From assembly GCF_030028105.1 (NCBI RefSeq), contig NC_092376.1, positions 103,972,230 through 104,036,229 on the forward strand: DNA of 64,000 nucleotides, read 5' to 3'. The position numbers and the translations under genes are program-made. The notes beneath the pieces are model-generated. The model was not told the origin of the DNA. It saw only the letters and a program-made list of their open reading frames with translations, and ran no database searches. Within the stretch, counting starts at the first letter, position 1; each line of letters begins with the position of its first letter. The stretch is from Mobula birostris. Its lineage: Eukaryota. Shown here piece after piece: positions 35,107-47,809 of this stretch.

Positions 35107-37900
35107 AGATTCAAGGTTACTTAATGTCATTTTCAGCGCACAAGTGTACAGGAGAATGAAATAATTTGTTTTCTTGGATCTGATGCAGTACAAAAAATCA
35201 CAATAAGATGAAGAACACAATAATTTAAAATAAACAAATATAAATATCTATGATAGCTTAAATATGTAGGTTGTATGTCCATAAAGTGACACTAGGCACA
35301 GGAGTGACTATACATAAGGTGATTGACAGGAAGTGATAACTAATGGTGGTTAGGGATGTGGAGGGGTTGGTTATTGGGTGGAGGTGTTAATCATCCTTAC
35401 TGCTTGGGGAAAATAGCTGTTTTTGAGTCTCATGGTCCTGGCATGAATGCTACGTAGTTTTCTCCCTGATGGGAGTGGGTCAAGCAGTCCATGAGTAGAG
35501 TGTGTGGGATTCTTCATGATGTTACTGGCCCTTTTCTGGCACCTTTCTTGATAGTGGGTAAGTTGGTGCTGGTGATACATTGGGCAGTTTTGACTACCTG
35601 TTGTAAAGGCTTACTGTCCAGCACAGTGCAGTTTTCATTCCTGCAGAGATGCAGCTTGTTAGGATGCTCTACACTGCACATCTGTAGAATGACATGAGTA
35701 TAGATGTGAATAATCAAGCTCTCTTCTGCTATCTCAGAAAGTAGAGGCATTGGTGAGTTTTCCTGATTGTGTATAATATGTTCTGGGATCATGAGAGGTT
35801 GTGCAAGGTGTGTACTCACAAGAGTTTGAAACTGCTCACAGCTTCCATAGCTGTGCCACAATGTAAAGAGAAGTGCGAGTGGTGCAGTTTTTCCTGAAAT
35901 CGATTACCATCTCCTTTGCTTTGACATTGTGGAAGAGGTTGTTTGCCTGCCACCAGGCCTAGAATTCTTCCACCTCCTCTTGGTGATGGAGCCCCACTAC
36001 TGTCGTGTCATCAGCAATCTTGACAATGTTTTTACATGGATGTGTCCATACAGTTGTGTGCGAGCAAAGTATACAGCACAGAACACTAGGGAGTACCTGT
36101 ATTGAAGATGATGGGGAAGGAGGAGCGGTTATGCCTTTCTACCTGACTATCTGAAGTCGAGCAGCATTTAGACCAAGGTGTTCAAGGTCTCTGGGACAAC
36201 AAGGTCTCTGGGACAACAGTGTTAAATGCTGATCTGAAATCCATAAACAGCATTCTGACACGACTGTCCTTGTTTTCTAAGTGTGTCAGGGCCAGGTGCA
36301 TGACAGATGCTATACCATCTGTGGCAGGATTGGAGTTTCTGATATGTGCCATTACCAGCTTTTCAGTGCCACATGGCAGTAGTTGTTTATGGCAGGTGTA
36401 GCGTTCTTTGGTACAAGTATGATGATGGCTGATTTGAAGCACGTAGGGACAGCAGCCTGGATGAGTGCAGTGTTGAAGACGTCCATTAAGTTGGCAGTAA
36501 GCTGGTGTGCACACTCTGAGTTCTCGATTTGGGAAGTTATTTGGCCCAGTCACCTTACGGAAGGGGTCCCCAACCTTTTTTGCACTGTGGACCGGTTTAT
36601 CATTGACAATATTCTTGCGGACTGGCCAACCGGGGTGGGGGGGGGGGGGTGTGTGGTAGGGTTGCCAATGGACAAGAGTAACCGTCAAATATGTTATGTT
36701 TACCCTGAGAAGACTACATTTACCATGAAGCCTTGCGTGGGCACCTGTGCGCATTTGTGTACGTGCCGATTTTTTTTTTTTTTGATTTTTTTTTTACAAA
36801 TCGTTTTTGGAAATTCTGTTCGGGGGTGGGGGGTTAATCACGACCGGAATATAGAAGGTCAGTCAACTATAAGTCACTTTTTAGTGGGTAATACACTCAA
36901 TTTCGTTTCTAAAAGGGTTTATATTAAATTCGTTAGATTAAACACAGCGCATATTTTCCTTGCATGAATATAGTGATATACAGTAATTGACTTAAGTCAC
37001 TTATAAGTCAATAGCATCATAACATTAAGTAATGTTTGGATATTAAACACACAGCACATAGTTTCCCCGTATGAACATATAAAATCATTGCAACAGACCA
37101 ATATCGCTGAATCAATGGGAGCCCTGTGGCTGGGGACTGCTGCCTTACGGGGGTTGACTCTCAGCAGAGTCTTTCTCATGTCTGCTTCTGTTACAGACAG
37201 TGGCTGTCTCTGGAAGAGGAATAGCTTTCATGGCTGCCATTGTGACATGCTTCAAAGTGTGCATAAAAGTTGTTTAGAGTATTAGGGAGAGAGTCGTTAC
37301 TTGTACAGTTGACGCTGTTTTTCCTTGCTTGGTCAGTAACGCCCTTGATGCCCAACCACATACACTAGAGATCATTATTGGGCAGAAGTTCCTGAATTTT
37401 TTGAGCGTAGGTGGTATTGATGACTACAATGAGGTTTTTCCTGGCTGCTCTAAGAGCAGTTCAGTCGTCAAACTGGAAGACAGCAATCTGTCACCTCAGC
37501 GTTCAGCCTGGTGAGATGACTATTCTTGAGGTACCAATGGTGTTTACTAAAGTAGCCGGTGACAGATAAGGCATATCTGTTGAAGTTTTGTGTCTTTTCC
37601 GTTTGTGGCGGTCTCCTTGAACTTCTCCCAGTTACACTGTGTTCAAAACAGCCCTAAGGTATAGAGATTGCTTTATTAGGCCATACATTGATGGTCCTCT
37701 TGTCTGTTTTCTCCATTTTCAGCAGCAGTCAGAATGCTGGGATTAATATTATGGACATGTGCTCAGATAGGCCAAGAATAAGGCATGGGATGGTTTTGTA
37801 AAAACTGTGTCTTTTTGTATAAACATGATAGAGTCTGTAGGATATTGTAAGGAGTTGCTGAAATTATAAAGCTCGCTCTCAGTGCGTTCTTGGTGTTTGT
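35107..37900 (-). mobile_element. Rex1-type LINE (second family), degenerate, split by a hAT element
   Basis: HGLLDPLPSGRKLRSI, HLALTHLENKDSRVRMLFMDFRSAFNTV. RVNPRK and VTGPNNFP join across the hAT insertion. Confidence 0.8.
36561..37142. mobile_element. hAT-type non-autonomous element
   Basis: Perfect 8-bp TSD CCTTACGG (36553-36560 and 37143-37150). Imperfect TIRs AAGGGGTCCCCAACC and GGCTGGGGACTGCTG. Confidence 0.88.
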
Positions 37901-38292
37901 GCTTGGTGGGGTGGGGGGGGGGGGGAATTTAGATTGCATGATGCACCTGTCCCTCAGCAGGTAACGTGGCTGGCATTTAATTGTAAGATGTTCATTTGCC
38001 CCAGAACAATGACTGCTAACTACTAATGAGTTTGTGTGTCTACCTTGTTAATATACACACAGATTCCATCCCCTTTGGATTTCTTCAGTAGGGAGTTTCT
38101 GTCTGCATTGAACAGCGTCATCCTGTTGCCTTGAAACACTGATTCAGGCTTGTTGTTTCGCCATGTTTCGATGAAAATTAGAATGCAGCAGTTTCTCATC
38201 TCATTGTCCTCATCAAAAGTGACAAGGTTTTCAAATGTGTTTCTTTTAAAAAAAAAAATACATATTTGTTTAATTTGTTTTTCTTATGAATG

Positions 38293-38762
38293 TGGCTTGT
38301 GGCTATCCCTCGAGGTCAAGGATGATGGTCTTCATTCTGTTGATCTACTTATGGGCTCTCAAGTGGCTTACGAGTCCAATCTTGGCTTTGAAAGTTCTTC
38401 CACATTCAGGTCAGGTAGTTCTAGATGGCAGATCGGGCTTTAGTTGTTGCTGCCTCTCTTTCCATTTTCTTGTTTTTTCTTGTAATTCTGCACATCTGTT
38501 GGCTTCGGAAGTTGCTTTTCCTTCTCGGATGATGGCTTGCCAGAGTTTCCTGGCCTTGGCATTGGTTTCTCTATTGATGTCGATGTTACATTTCTTCATG
38601 TTGGCTTTTAAGACGTCTTTGAATCTCTTCTGTTGTCCACCTCTTTTACGTTTGCCTTCTTTAAGCTGGGAGTAGAAGATTTGTTTTGGCAGACATTTGT
38701 CTTTCATCCGAACAACATGACCGCTCCATCTTAGTTGGTTCTTGATGACGTAGGCTTCAATG
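38293..38762 (-). mobile_element. RTE-clade (BovB-like) LINE 3' end
   Basis: IEAYVIKNQLRWSGHVVRMKDKCLPKQIFYSQLKEGKRKRGGQQKRFKDVLK, then PECGRTFKAKIGLVSHLRAHK-stop (C-terminal zinc finger remnant). Confidence 0.85.
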
Positions 38763-38967
38763 CATGTACCTAGTAAGACTCATGTCCCCATGTACCTGGT
38801 ATATGGCAATAAGCTCAACTTTGGTTTTGCCTTTAAGAGAAATGCTGTTGCTTCAGCCATGTGATTTGATGCTTTGATATCGCACATGCCCCGTTATTTT
38901 TATAAAACCTTTTTTTAAAAAAAAAGGCTCAACAGTAATTAGTACTGTGCAGTCTGGCAGTCAGGAA

Positions 38968-40820
38968 AATCAGAATCAGGTTTATTATCACTGGCATGTG
39001 TTGTGAAATTTGTTAACTTAGCAGCAGCAGTTCAATGCAATTCAATACAATTAAAAATTGTGCAAAAACAGAAATAATACATATTGAAAAAGTGAGGTAG
39101 TGTTCATGCATTCAAAGTCCATTTGGGAATTGGATGGTAGAGGGGAAGAAGCTGTTCCTGCATTGCTGAGTGTGTGCCTTCAGGCTTCTGTACCTCCTAC
39201 TTGATGGTAACAATGAGAAAAAGGCATGCCCTGGGTGCTGGGGTTCCTTAATAATGGATGCTGCTTTTCTGTGACACTGCTCCTTGAAGATGTCCTGGGT
39301 ACTTTGTAGCTTAGTGCCCAAGATGAAGCCAACTAAATTTATGACCCTCTGCAGCTTCTTTTGGTTCCGTGCAGTAGCTGTCTTTCCCATCATTCCCCCC
39401 CCCCCCGCCCCAATACCAGACCGTGATGCAGCCTGTCAGATGCTCTCCGTGGTACACCAATAGAAGTTTTTGAGTGTTTTTGTTGACACACCAAATCATT
39501 TCAAACTCCTAATGAAGTGCAGTTGCTATCTTGCCTTCTTTATTGCTGCATTGATATGTTGGGACCAGGTTAGATCCTCAGAGATCTTGACACCCAGGAA
39601 CTTGAAACTGCTCACTCTCTCTACTTCTGATCTCTGAGGATTGGTATGTGTTCCTTCGTCTTACTCTTCCTGAAGTCCACAATCAGCTCTTTCGTCTTAA
39701 TGACGAGCACAAGGTTGTTGCTGCAGCAGCACTGCACTAGTCGGCATCTCTCACTCCTGTGCGCCCCCTCATCTCCATCTGAGATTTTACCAACAATGGT
39801 TGTATCATCAGCAAATTTATAGATGGTATTTGAGCTATGCCTAGCCACACAGTCATGGGTATAGAGAGAGTAGAACGGTGGGCTAAGCACACACCCCTGA
39901 GGTGCACCAGTCTTGATCGTCAGCGAGGAGGAGATATTATCACCAATCTCACAGATTGTAGTCTTCTGGTTAGGAAGTTGAAGATCCAATTGCAGAAGGA
40001 AGTACAGAGGCCCAGGTTCTGTAACTTTGCAGTCAGGATTGTGGGAATGATGGCATTAAATGCTGAGTTATAGTCGATGAACAGCATCCTGACATAGGTG
40101 CTTGTATTGTCCAGGTGGTCTAAGGCCATATGACGAGCCATTGAGATTGTGTCGGTTGTTGTGGTGATAGGCAAATTGCAGTAGGTCCAGGTCCTTGCTG
40201 AGGCAGAAGTTCAGACTTGTCATGACCAACCTCTCAAAGCATTTCATCACTGTAGATGTTAGTGCTGTTGGGCGATGGTCATTAAGGCAGCTCACATTAT
40301 TCTTCTTAGGCACTGGTATAATTGTTGCTTTTCTGAAGCAAGTGAGAACTTTCACCCATAGCAGTGGGAGGTTGAAAATGTCCTTGGGTACTCAAGGCAG
40401 TTGGTTGGCATAAGTTTTTAGGGCCTTACTAAGTACTCTGTCGGGTCCTTCTGCCTAACGAGGGTTCACCCTCTTTAAAGACAGTCTGACGTCAGACAGA
40501 GATCACAGGGTCACTGGGTGCAGCAGGGACTTCACAGCTGTTGTTATATTCTCCTTTTCAAAGTGGGCATAGAAGGTGTTGAGTTCATCTGGTACTGAAG
40601 CGCCACTGCTTTTCATGTTAACAACAGGAATTCTGCAGATGCTGGAAATTCAAGCAATACACATCAAAGTTGCTGGTGAACGCAGCTCCGTCCTGACGAA
40701 GGGTCTCGGCCTGAAATGTCGACTGCACCTCTTCCTACAGATGCTGCCTGGCCTGCTGCGTTCACCAGCAACTTTGATGTGTGTTGCTGCCTTTCATGTT
40801 GTTGGGTTTTGCTTTGTAGG
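38968..40820 (-). mobile_element. Rex1 LINE (RT domain to tail), frameshifted
   Basis: [60 protein letters not shown], tail AATCAGAATCAGG. Confidence 0.92.
40620..40787. mobile_element. Inverted-repeat PLE mini-element with hammerhead variant and 14-bp TSD
   Basis: Same termini as 18042-18279, with the left arm shortened. GTCCTGACGAAGGGTCTCGGCCTGAAATGTCGAC starts at 40690. TSD CTGCTTTTCATGTT (40606-40619) and CTGCCTTTCATGTT (40787-40800). Confidence 0.85.
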
Positions 40821-41544
40821 CATTACATTTTATATTGCAATCAGATGTAGCAATATTGTGTTGTTACTGATATTTATGTAGTCCCTGCTCTAGATTGCTA
40901 AGTGGCATGAAGGTCAGAGGACCTTCTTGACTACTTAAATTTTGATATTTTTTAAGAAATAAAAGACATTTGATGGCCATCACAATCTGAGGAGCTGAAT
41001 TTAAAACAACAATAAATTAATTTGAAGTCTAAAGTATTCCTGAGGCTGTGTGGATTTAGAACATAATGCAAGCTAGAACTTGGAGTTTAGCAATGCTGTG
41101 GAAGAAGTTACAGCATTCAGAGATGTTTCACCAGAGAAGCTAATTTGTTGGAAGGCAGCAGTAAATGGTTTAGATTATGTTGAACATCAATTAATGGGTC
41201 AGTTCCAGGATATTTAAAGCACTTGCCTCACATTGCTATAGAAACACATTTCTTCTAACCCATGAGTTGTTCTAGATGAAATTCTAGAACATAGTAAATC
41301 CAGAGTCCCTACTTATATAGATTTAATACTTTCCTTCTAGTTTGCAGTTTTTAAGGCACCAATGGTAGAATTCATTAAAGCCTTTAGGCATGAGAACAAA
41401 AGTAGACTATTTAGCCTCTTAAACCTGTAACTCCATTCAGTAAGATTATAGCTGGTCCGTCCTTTGGCATGAGGCTATATGAGCTTGCAGAGGTTGATTG
41501 GAGTAGGCAAGTGGATGGCTTATAAAGGTATAGTAGTTAAGAGT

Positions 41545-43335
41545 TCAAGGTCTGCATGTTCCTGAGTGAAATCCATGGCTGGTATGTGTAGGGAACCCTG
41601 AGTGATGAGAGCTGTGCCCTGGACAGAAAAAAAGAGGCATGGGTGAGATATGGGCTGCTGGGATCGAGCAAATTTCATGAGTATATGAGATGGAAGACTG
41701 TACTCCAGAGGGAAATCAGGTGGTCAAAAGGGGGTATGAGATAACTTTGCCAGACAAGATTAAAATCCAAAGAGATTGTATATTTTAGAAAGAATAGAGA
41801 GAAAAGATCAAAGGGAACACTGTTAGTGTGGAGCTAAAGGAGATGAAGTTTCTTAAAGAACACTTCCCCTCTAATAACTGTGGAGAAAGACGTGAACACA
41901 TCAAAAGTTAGAAGTAAATGGGAAGGTGTTGGTGGTAATCCACGTTACAGAAGAATAGGTGCTGAATGTCTTAAAAGGTATGAAGGTAGATAAATTTCCA
42001 GGGCTTAACAAGCTATTTCCAAGAGCACTGTGGGAGGCAAGAGAAGAAATTGTGGGAGCCCTGGCTGAGATATTTGCATCATCCTTAGCCACAGTCAAAG
42101 TGCCAGTGGAAGGTAGCAATGTTGTATCTTTATTTAAGAAAGGTGGCCAAAAAAAAACATGGGATCTGTTGGCCATTGAGAACATCTGTGGTATGCAAGT
42201 TACCGGAGCAGATTCTAAGGGATAAGGTAGACTTACTTCCAGAAAGAAAGGTATTGATTACAGGGGTTGATTTGGGGTAGTTGGCATGAATTTGTGCATG
42301 GACGATTTTGTTTTATGAACTTGAGATTTTTTTGAAGCGACAAAGAAAGTTGATGAGGACAAGGCAGCAGGTGTGGTGTATATGGAAATTGGCTTGAAGA
42401 TAAAAAGCAGAGGTGATTGAAGTTTGTTTTGCCAGCTAGATGCTCGTGACTAGTGGTGTGCCTCGGGCTGATGCTCAGCCCATTCTTGTTTGCCATCTAT
42501 ATAAACCGTTTGGATAAGTATGTATATAGCATGGTTGATGTGATTGCAGATGATAGTGTAGTGGACAATGAAGAAGGTTATCAGAAATTATGGAGTTCCT
42601 GAGTAGTTGGGCTGAGGAATAATAATGGAGTTCAATTCAAATAAATGTGAGGTGTTGCATTTTGGGAAGTCAAATCCAAATAGAACTTTCACAGTGAATG
42701 GCAGGTCCCTGAGGAGTGTTGTAGACAGAGTGACCTCTGAGTACAAGTACATGGTTCACTGAAAGTGGAGTCACAGGCAGACACGGGGTTTGGCACATTG
42801 CCCTTTGTACGTCAGGATATGAGTGTAAAAGTTGAGAGGTCACAGTGCAGTTGTACAGGATGCTCGTGAGACCACACTTGGAGTGTTGTGTTCAGTTTAT
42901 GTGCCCTGCTATGGGAAAGATATTGTTAAACTGGAAAAAGTATAGAAAAGATTTACAAGGATGCTGCCAGTTATAGAGAGAGATTGGACAGGCTTGGACT
43001 TTATTCCTTGAGAGTGTAAGAGATTGAAGAGTAATCTTATAGAGGTGTATAAAATCATGAGGGGAAATCAAGAACTAGAGGACACAGGTTTAAGGTATGG
43101 GGGGAAACATTTAATCAGAATTTGAGGGACAACTTTTTTTAACACAAAAGGAGGTATCGGTGTGGGATTGGTTGCCAGTGGAAGGGTTGATACAAGTACA
43201 ATAGCAACTTTGAAGGCTGTCTTAATTGTTTCATGGATTGGAGAGGTTTAGAAGGTTACAAGTCAAACACTGGTAAATGGGGGCATCTTGATTGGCGTGA
43301 ATCACTTGGGCTAAAGGGCCAGTTTACATGTTCTG
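41545..43335 (+). mobile_element. Degenerate CR1 LINE
   Basis: KVDKFPGL..FPRALWEAREEIVGALAEIF, TSGVP, IADD, MEFNSNKCEVLHFG, tail GGGCTAAAGGGCC. Confidence 0.8.
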
Positions 43336-43337
43336 CA

Positions 43338-44149
43338 CAGTGGATTCTGGTTAATGGGATAAATTTGTAAATTTGGGACAGCCACTTATTTGGGATAACT
43401 CTTGAAGAGCAAAAACTAGATGGAGAAAATAGCTGGGATTCCCTTTGTTCATTTGGGCCATTACGCCACTTAGTTTAAGACAGGAGACTTGCTGAACAGC
43501 TTCTAACTAGCGTCAATTGCGTGTACTTGTGTGGCCTTGCCATAGAAGACACTACCCCATGCTTAGAGTGATTTTTTAAAATAGTGTCAGTTGTGTGTGT
43601 TTGAGTTTTAAAAGCTGTGATTTTTGTCACTGATAGTTGGCAAGCAATAAGGCCATTTGGAATTGTTTTGTTCAACCCAATTTCAAGCATTAAGGCTTGG
43701 AGATGTCAGAAATGGCTGGAAGTGAAAATGAAACGATTTCACTACTTCAACTTAGGAAATGTGAAGCATTTGAAGGTATCAGCAACAATGACCTTGAATG
43801 CTACAATGAAAGTGAAGATTTGGAGGTTGCAATCATATTAAGCATTTTATGAAAGCAGTAAATGTCTGCTGATTTTGTTCGTCTTCAGTCAATCAAATGA
43901 AAACATGACATGAATTCCTCTATCAATAACTATTAGGAACTAATGCAGTGATGTCATATTGTAGAGGTATTGGTAGTGTTCTAATTTGTTCTATATTTCA
44001 TTTATATACATAAATTGATACTCGGTTAAACAGTAGTTTGTCATTTTTGTAGTTAACTATTTCCATGAATCTTAAGCTAATTGAATTAGCCATTTAATTG
44101 GACCGAAATCTACTGGTCCCAATATGTCCCAGTTAACTGGAATCCACTG
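43338..44149. mobile_element. Tc1/mariner-superfamily (Tigger-like) MITE, copy 1
   Basis: TIRs CAGTGGATTCTGGTTAATGGGA and TCCCAGTTAACTGGAATCCACTG. Internal sequence shared with 45226-45969. Confidence 0.75.
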
Positions 44150-45225
44150 TTTTTTTAAAAAGCTGAACTGTCAGCAGTAGCCAAACTTCACACCCGTATG
44201 CTCTGTGTTCGCTCTCATACCCTTGTTTGCATGCACTTTCACTCTCTCTCTTGCCTGCACCTTCTAGCGATTTCTGGTTGTGAATGCTCTGGTTGCTCGA
44301 AATATAGTTAGGATGATTGACAGACTTGTGTTTTCCAACTGACCTCCATAAGATATTACAAATTTGCTATATGTTATCAACTCCACGTAGCTTTTATACT
44401 GATGTCATCTTTAGACAGTTTGCTTATCACAAATTAACAAGTAGGCCACAGATGCAAAGGTAGCAGAGGCAAAGGCCTCTCAATGAGAGAGTTTTGCACA
44501 ATTTTGAGAAATGCAGCTTACAATTGACTAAAGTACCTTTAAGCACAATGCTTTGCCACATATAATGGGGGGGAGGGGGAATATCTTATTTTACTGTGCG
44601 TGCAATGCCATCTTCCTTTTAAGCTGCTCCTTGATATGGAAGACTTCTACAGTGCAAGGATTCTAAGGTGGCTGCTGAGTGTTATATGACATGTATACAT
44701 GGTTACAGGTGGAGTACGTGGATGGGTTATATGATATTGTATGTACTTTTTTCCCCTGATGTTTGCACTTGGCCTCCATCAGTTCCTTCGTAGAGCAAGT
44801 TGACCAAGGTTCACTAAGTTGAATTCTGGGTTGGTGAACTACCATTTGAAGAGATAATAGAGCAACTGTATTTGTGGTGACTGGAGTTTGGAACAGAGTT
44901 GTACAACATTGATCTGGTGTGTTGAAGGGCCTGTTTCTATGCCAACCATGATGCCTGTCTATAGTTCCACTAATTTGCATCAATTCTATGTTCTTCTGCC
45001 CTATTCATTCAAACACCTGTCAAATTGCCTCAAATATTGCTGCTTTTCTTGTTTCTATCGTCTCTGGCTGCTTATTCCATAAACAAGCTACTTTGTGTGG
45101 AAAAGTTTATCCCTCAGATCTCCTTTAAATGCCTTCCCTGTCACCTTGAATGTAGGTGTAGACATCCCTCTCAAGTGAAACGCACTGGCTATCTACCCTG
45201 TCTATGCCTTTCATAATCTTATATC

Positions 45226-45969
45226 CAGTAGATTCCAGATAATTAGGGCAGTTTATTTCAGAACACTTAAAGAACAAAAACAATGAGAAAATAGCCGGCT
45301 CACAACACGCTGGAGGAACTCAGCAAGTCAGGCAGCATCCGTGGAAAAGATCGGTCAACGTTTCGGGCCGGAACCCTTCGTCAGGACTGGTGAAGGATTC
45401 CGGCCCGAAACGTCGACTGATCTTTTCCACGGATGCTGCCCGACCTGCTGAGTTCCTCCAGCGTGTTGTGAGTATTGCTTTGACCCCAGCATCTGCAGAT
45501 TATTTTGTATTTGAGAAAATAGCTGGGATTTCCTTTGTTTATTTGAGACACTTTGCATCTTAATTGGGATGGGGGACTGTTGTCAAACAGTTTCTAGTGG
45601 TCACGTGCACAGAGTGAACTGTTTTTAAACAGTTATGTGTGTTTGTGTTCTAAAAGCACTAATTTTTGTCACTGATGGTTGATGAGAAATAAGAAGTAAG
45701 ACATTTCAAAATTGTTTTGCTCAACCCAGTTTCAAGCATTGAGGCTTGGAGATGCCAGCAATGGCTAGGAGAAAAATTTCACCACTTCAAGTTAGGAAAT
45801 ATGGAGAAGTTGAAGGTATCAAAACTCATCTTGAATGTTACAATAAATTCAACATTGGATGATTTGGAGAATGCAATCATTTAATGCATTGTATGAAGGC
45901 AGTCTATTTCTCTGCGCTAGGTGCGCTGATTTTATTCGTTTACAGTCAATGGATGATAGAAATCCACTG
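45226..45969. mobile_element. Tigger-like MITE, copy 2 (contains a PLE mini-element)
   Basis: Ends CAGTAGATTCC and AATCCACTG. Shares GAGAAAATAGCTGGGATT, TTTTTGTCACTGAT and TTTCAAGCATT.AGGCTTGGAGATG with copy 1. Confidence 0.75.
45299..45511. mobile_element. Inverted-repeat PLE mini-element (different subfamily) with 15-bp TSD
   Basis: Arms about 45299-45379 and 45392-45472, tail on the right. Minus-strand hammerhead GTC-CTGACGA-AGGGTTCCGGCCC-GAAACGTT-GAC. TSD TGAGAAAATAGCCGG (45284-45298) and TGAGAAAATAGCTGG (45512-45526). Confidence 0.88.
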
Positions 45970-46612
45970 TCACCTCTCAGCCTTCATTGCCTTCTTTAAA
46001 CCTAGCTTATCCAATCTATGCTGATATCTCAAGCCCTGCAATCTAGGTATCATCCTTGTGAATCTTCCAGTTTAAGCATGCCCATTCTACAGTGTGGATC
46101 TGCACATAGCATTCCCATGTGCAGTCTAACCTACATTTGGAACAACCTACACGGACTGCCAACTCTTATACCTGTACATTTTAATAAAAGGTTTGGAAAG
46201 AATGTGATGCAGGAAGGATATTTCTCCAAATTGAAGAGGGGCATCGTTAGAGCATAAGGGCTGAGAAGGGGGTGGGGAAAGCTATCTTCATTCAGAGAGA
46301 TGGCAGTGAAGCTTTGGAATTCACTACCCTGGAGGCTCAGTCATGCCATTTAAACAAAACAGGTCAATGAGTTTTGGACATCAATGAATAGAGGAAGAAT
46401 GCTGGAAGTGCTGGAAGAATGCGGAGGTTCAGAAATCTGCTATGAACTTAGCAAGCAATAGAGCAAACTTAGAGGTGAATGTAGCCTGTTCTCGCTGCTG
46501 CTTATGCTCTGATGTGCTGTTTTCAGTCAACAATATTGCATCAGCAAATACATTGTGCATAAGTATGTTACTTAATGTACTGTATATAGACTGGCATGTC
46601 CTTTTCAGGCAA

Positions 46613-46924
46613 CAAAGTCCAGAACGGGGGGCCACAGTTTGAGGATAGAGGGGAAGCCTTTTAGGACCGAGATTAGGAAAAACTTCTTCACACAGAGACT
46701 GGTGAATCTGTGGAATTCTCTGCCACAGGAAACAGTTGAGGCCAGTTCATTGGCTATATTTAAGAGGGAGTTAGATATGGCCCTTGTGGCTATGGGGGTC
46801 GGGGTATGCAGGGAAGGCTGGGGCGGGGTTCTGAGTTGGATGATCAGCCATGATCATAATAAGTGGCGGTGCAGGCTCGAAGGGCCGAATGGCCTACTCC
46901 TGCACCTATTTTCTATGTTTCTAT
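46613..46924 (+). mobile_element. Young CR1 3' end
   Basis: RIEGKPFRTEIRKNFFTQRLVNLWNSLP, tail GGCCTACTCCTGCACCTATTTTCTATGTTTCTAT. Confidence 0.9.
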
Positions 46925-47809
46925 CATTGAGCAACTTAAATATGTTAATACCAGGTAGAGTTGGTTGCAAAGTGAAAGTCAATGTTCCTTTGTTCCAAGT
47001 ATATTTAAATGAGAGTGTGTTGAATTTCACATTATTTATGATTATAATCTAAGTTGGATCAATGGACTTTCCAATCATTTTCTTTTTCTGGAGGGGGAAG
47101 AGGACATGCAGTGTCAGGGTGTTTATTATTTCAGCATGTACAATGCTAGACACTTCCTAGTGGCTAAAAAAACACATTGGATTAGGTTTCATGGCATGGC
47201 ATTAGATCAGGAAAAAGTAATGTGTCATTGGAACAAATTACGTGGAAGTCTTAGCAATTTTTAACACTTAGTTTTTGGTTTACTTGTAGTCCATAAGTAC
47301 ATGCATTATATTGGTAAAAGAGAACAACCGAAAACTTGGCACGTTCATCTCTTAATGTTTAGAATGAAAGTGGGTAGCTTCTGAAACTAGCATGCCAGAT
47401 TGCAGAAATCCTCTGAAGTGGGTTTTTGTCAGGGGTTTGTTACAGCACACCATTGTGAACTTGTAATTGATGGAGATAAAAACAGTAATTTGCCCTTTTG
47501 AAAATGTTGATTTTTTTAATAGTGCTTTCTTATCTGTCCATTTCAAAACAGCAATGCTTTTACAGCAATTTCCCTAATGGAAGTAATATTTCTGTTACTT
47601 CGTGAATTTAGCTTTGTACCTTCTTTTGTGTGATAGAATTGATGCTGTAGTAATTTTGCTGTCAATTCGATTGCCTCCAATTTTGCAGTTTTTAGCATCA
47701 GGGAATATTAACTGTGCCCTCAAAAACAATAGTCAGATGGACATTAGCTTTAAGATGTTGTTTTGATTCTTTTGTTTGCCAAGCAAAGATTGGGAGGTTA
47801 GAAACTAAA

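Larger units (their letters stand above)
44940..46165 (-). mobile_element. Old CR1 3' fragment hosting the second MITE
   Basis: CTATCTACCCTGTCTATGCCTTTCATAATCTTATA breaks at 45225 and resumes TCACCTCTCAGCCT at 45970. Confidence 0.6.

Noticed and set aside
36183-36216. 17-bp tandem repeat CAAGGTCTCTGGGACAA x2 (and a 25-bp imperfect pair near 25539-25590)
   Set aside because: Simple slippage duplications with no spacers, so not CRISPR-like.
41268-41291. Short palindrome TGTTCTAGA..TCTAGAACA resembling a heat-shock element
   Set aside because: It is too short and has no promoter context; expected by chance.
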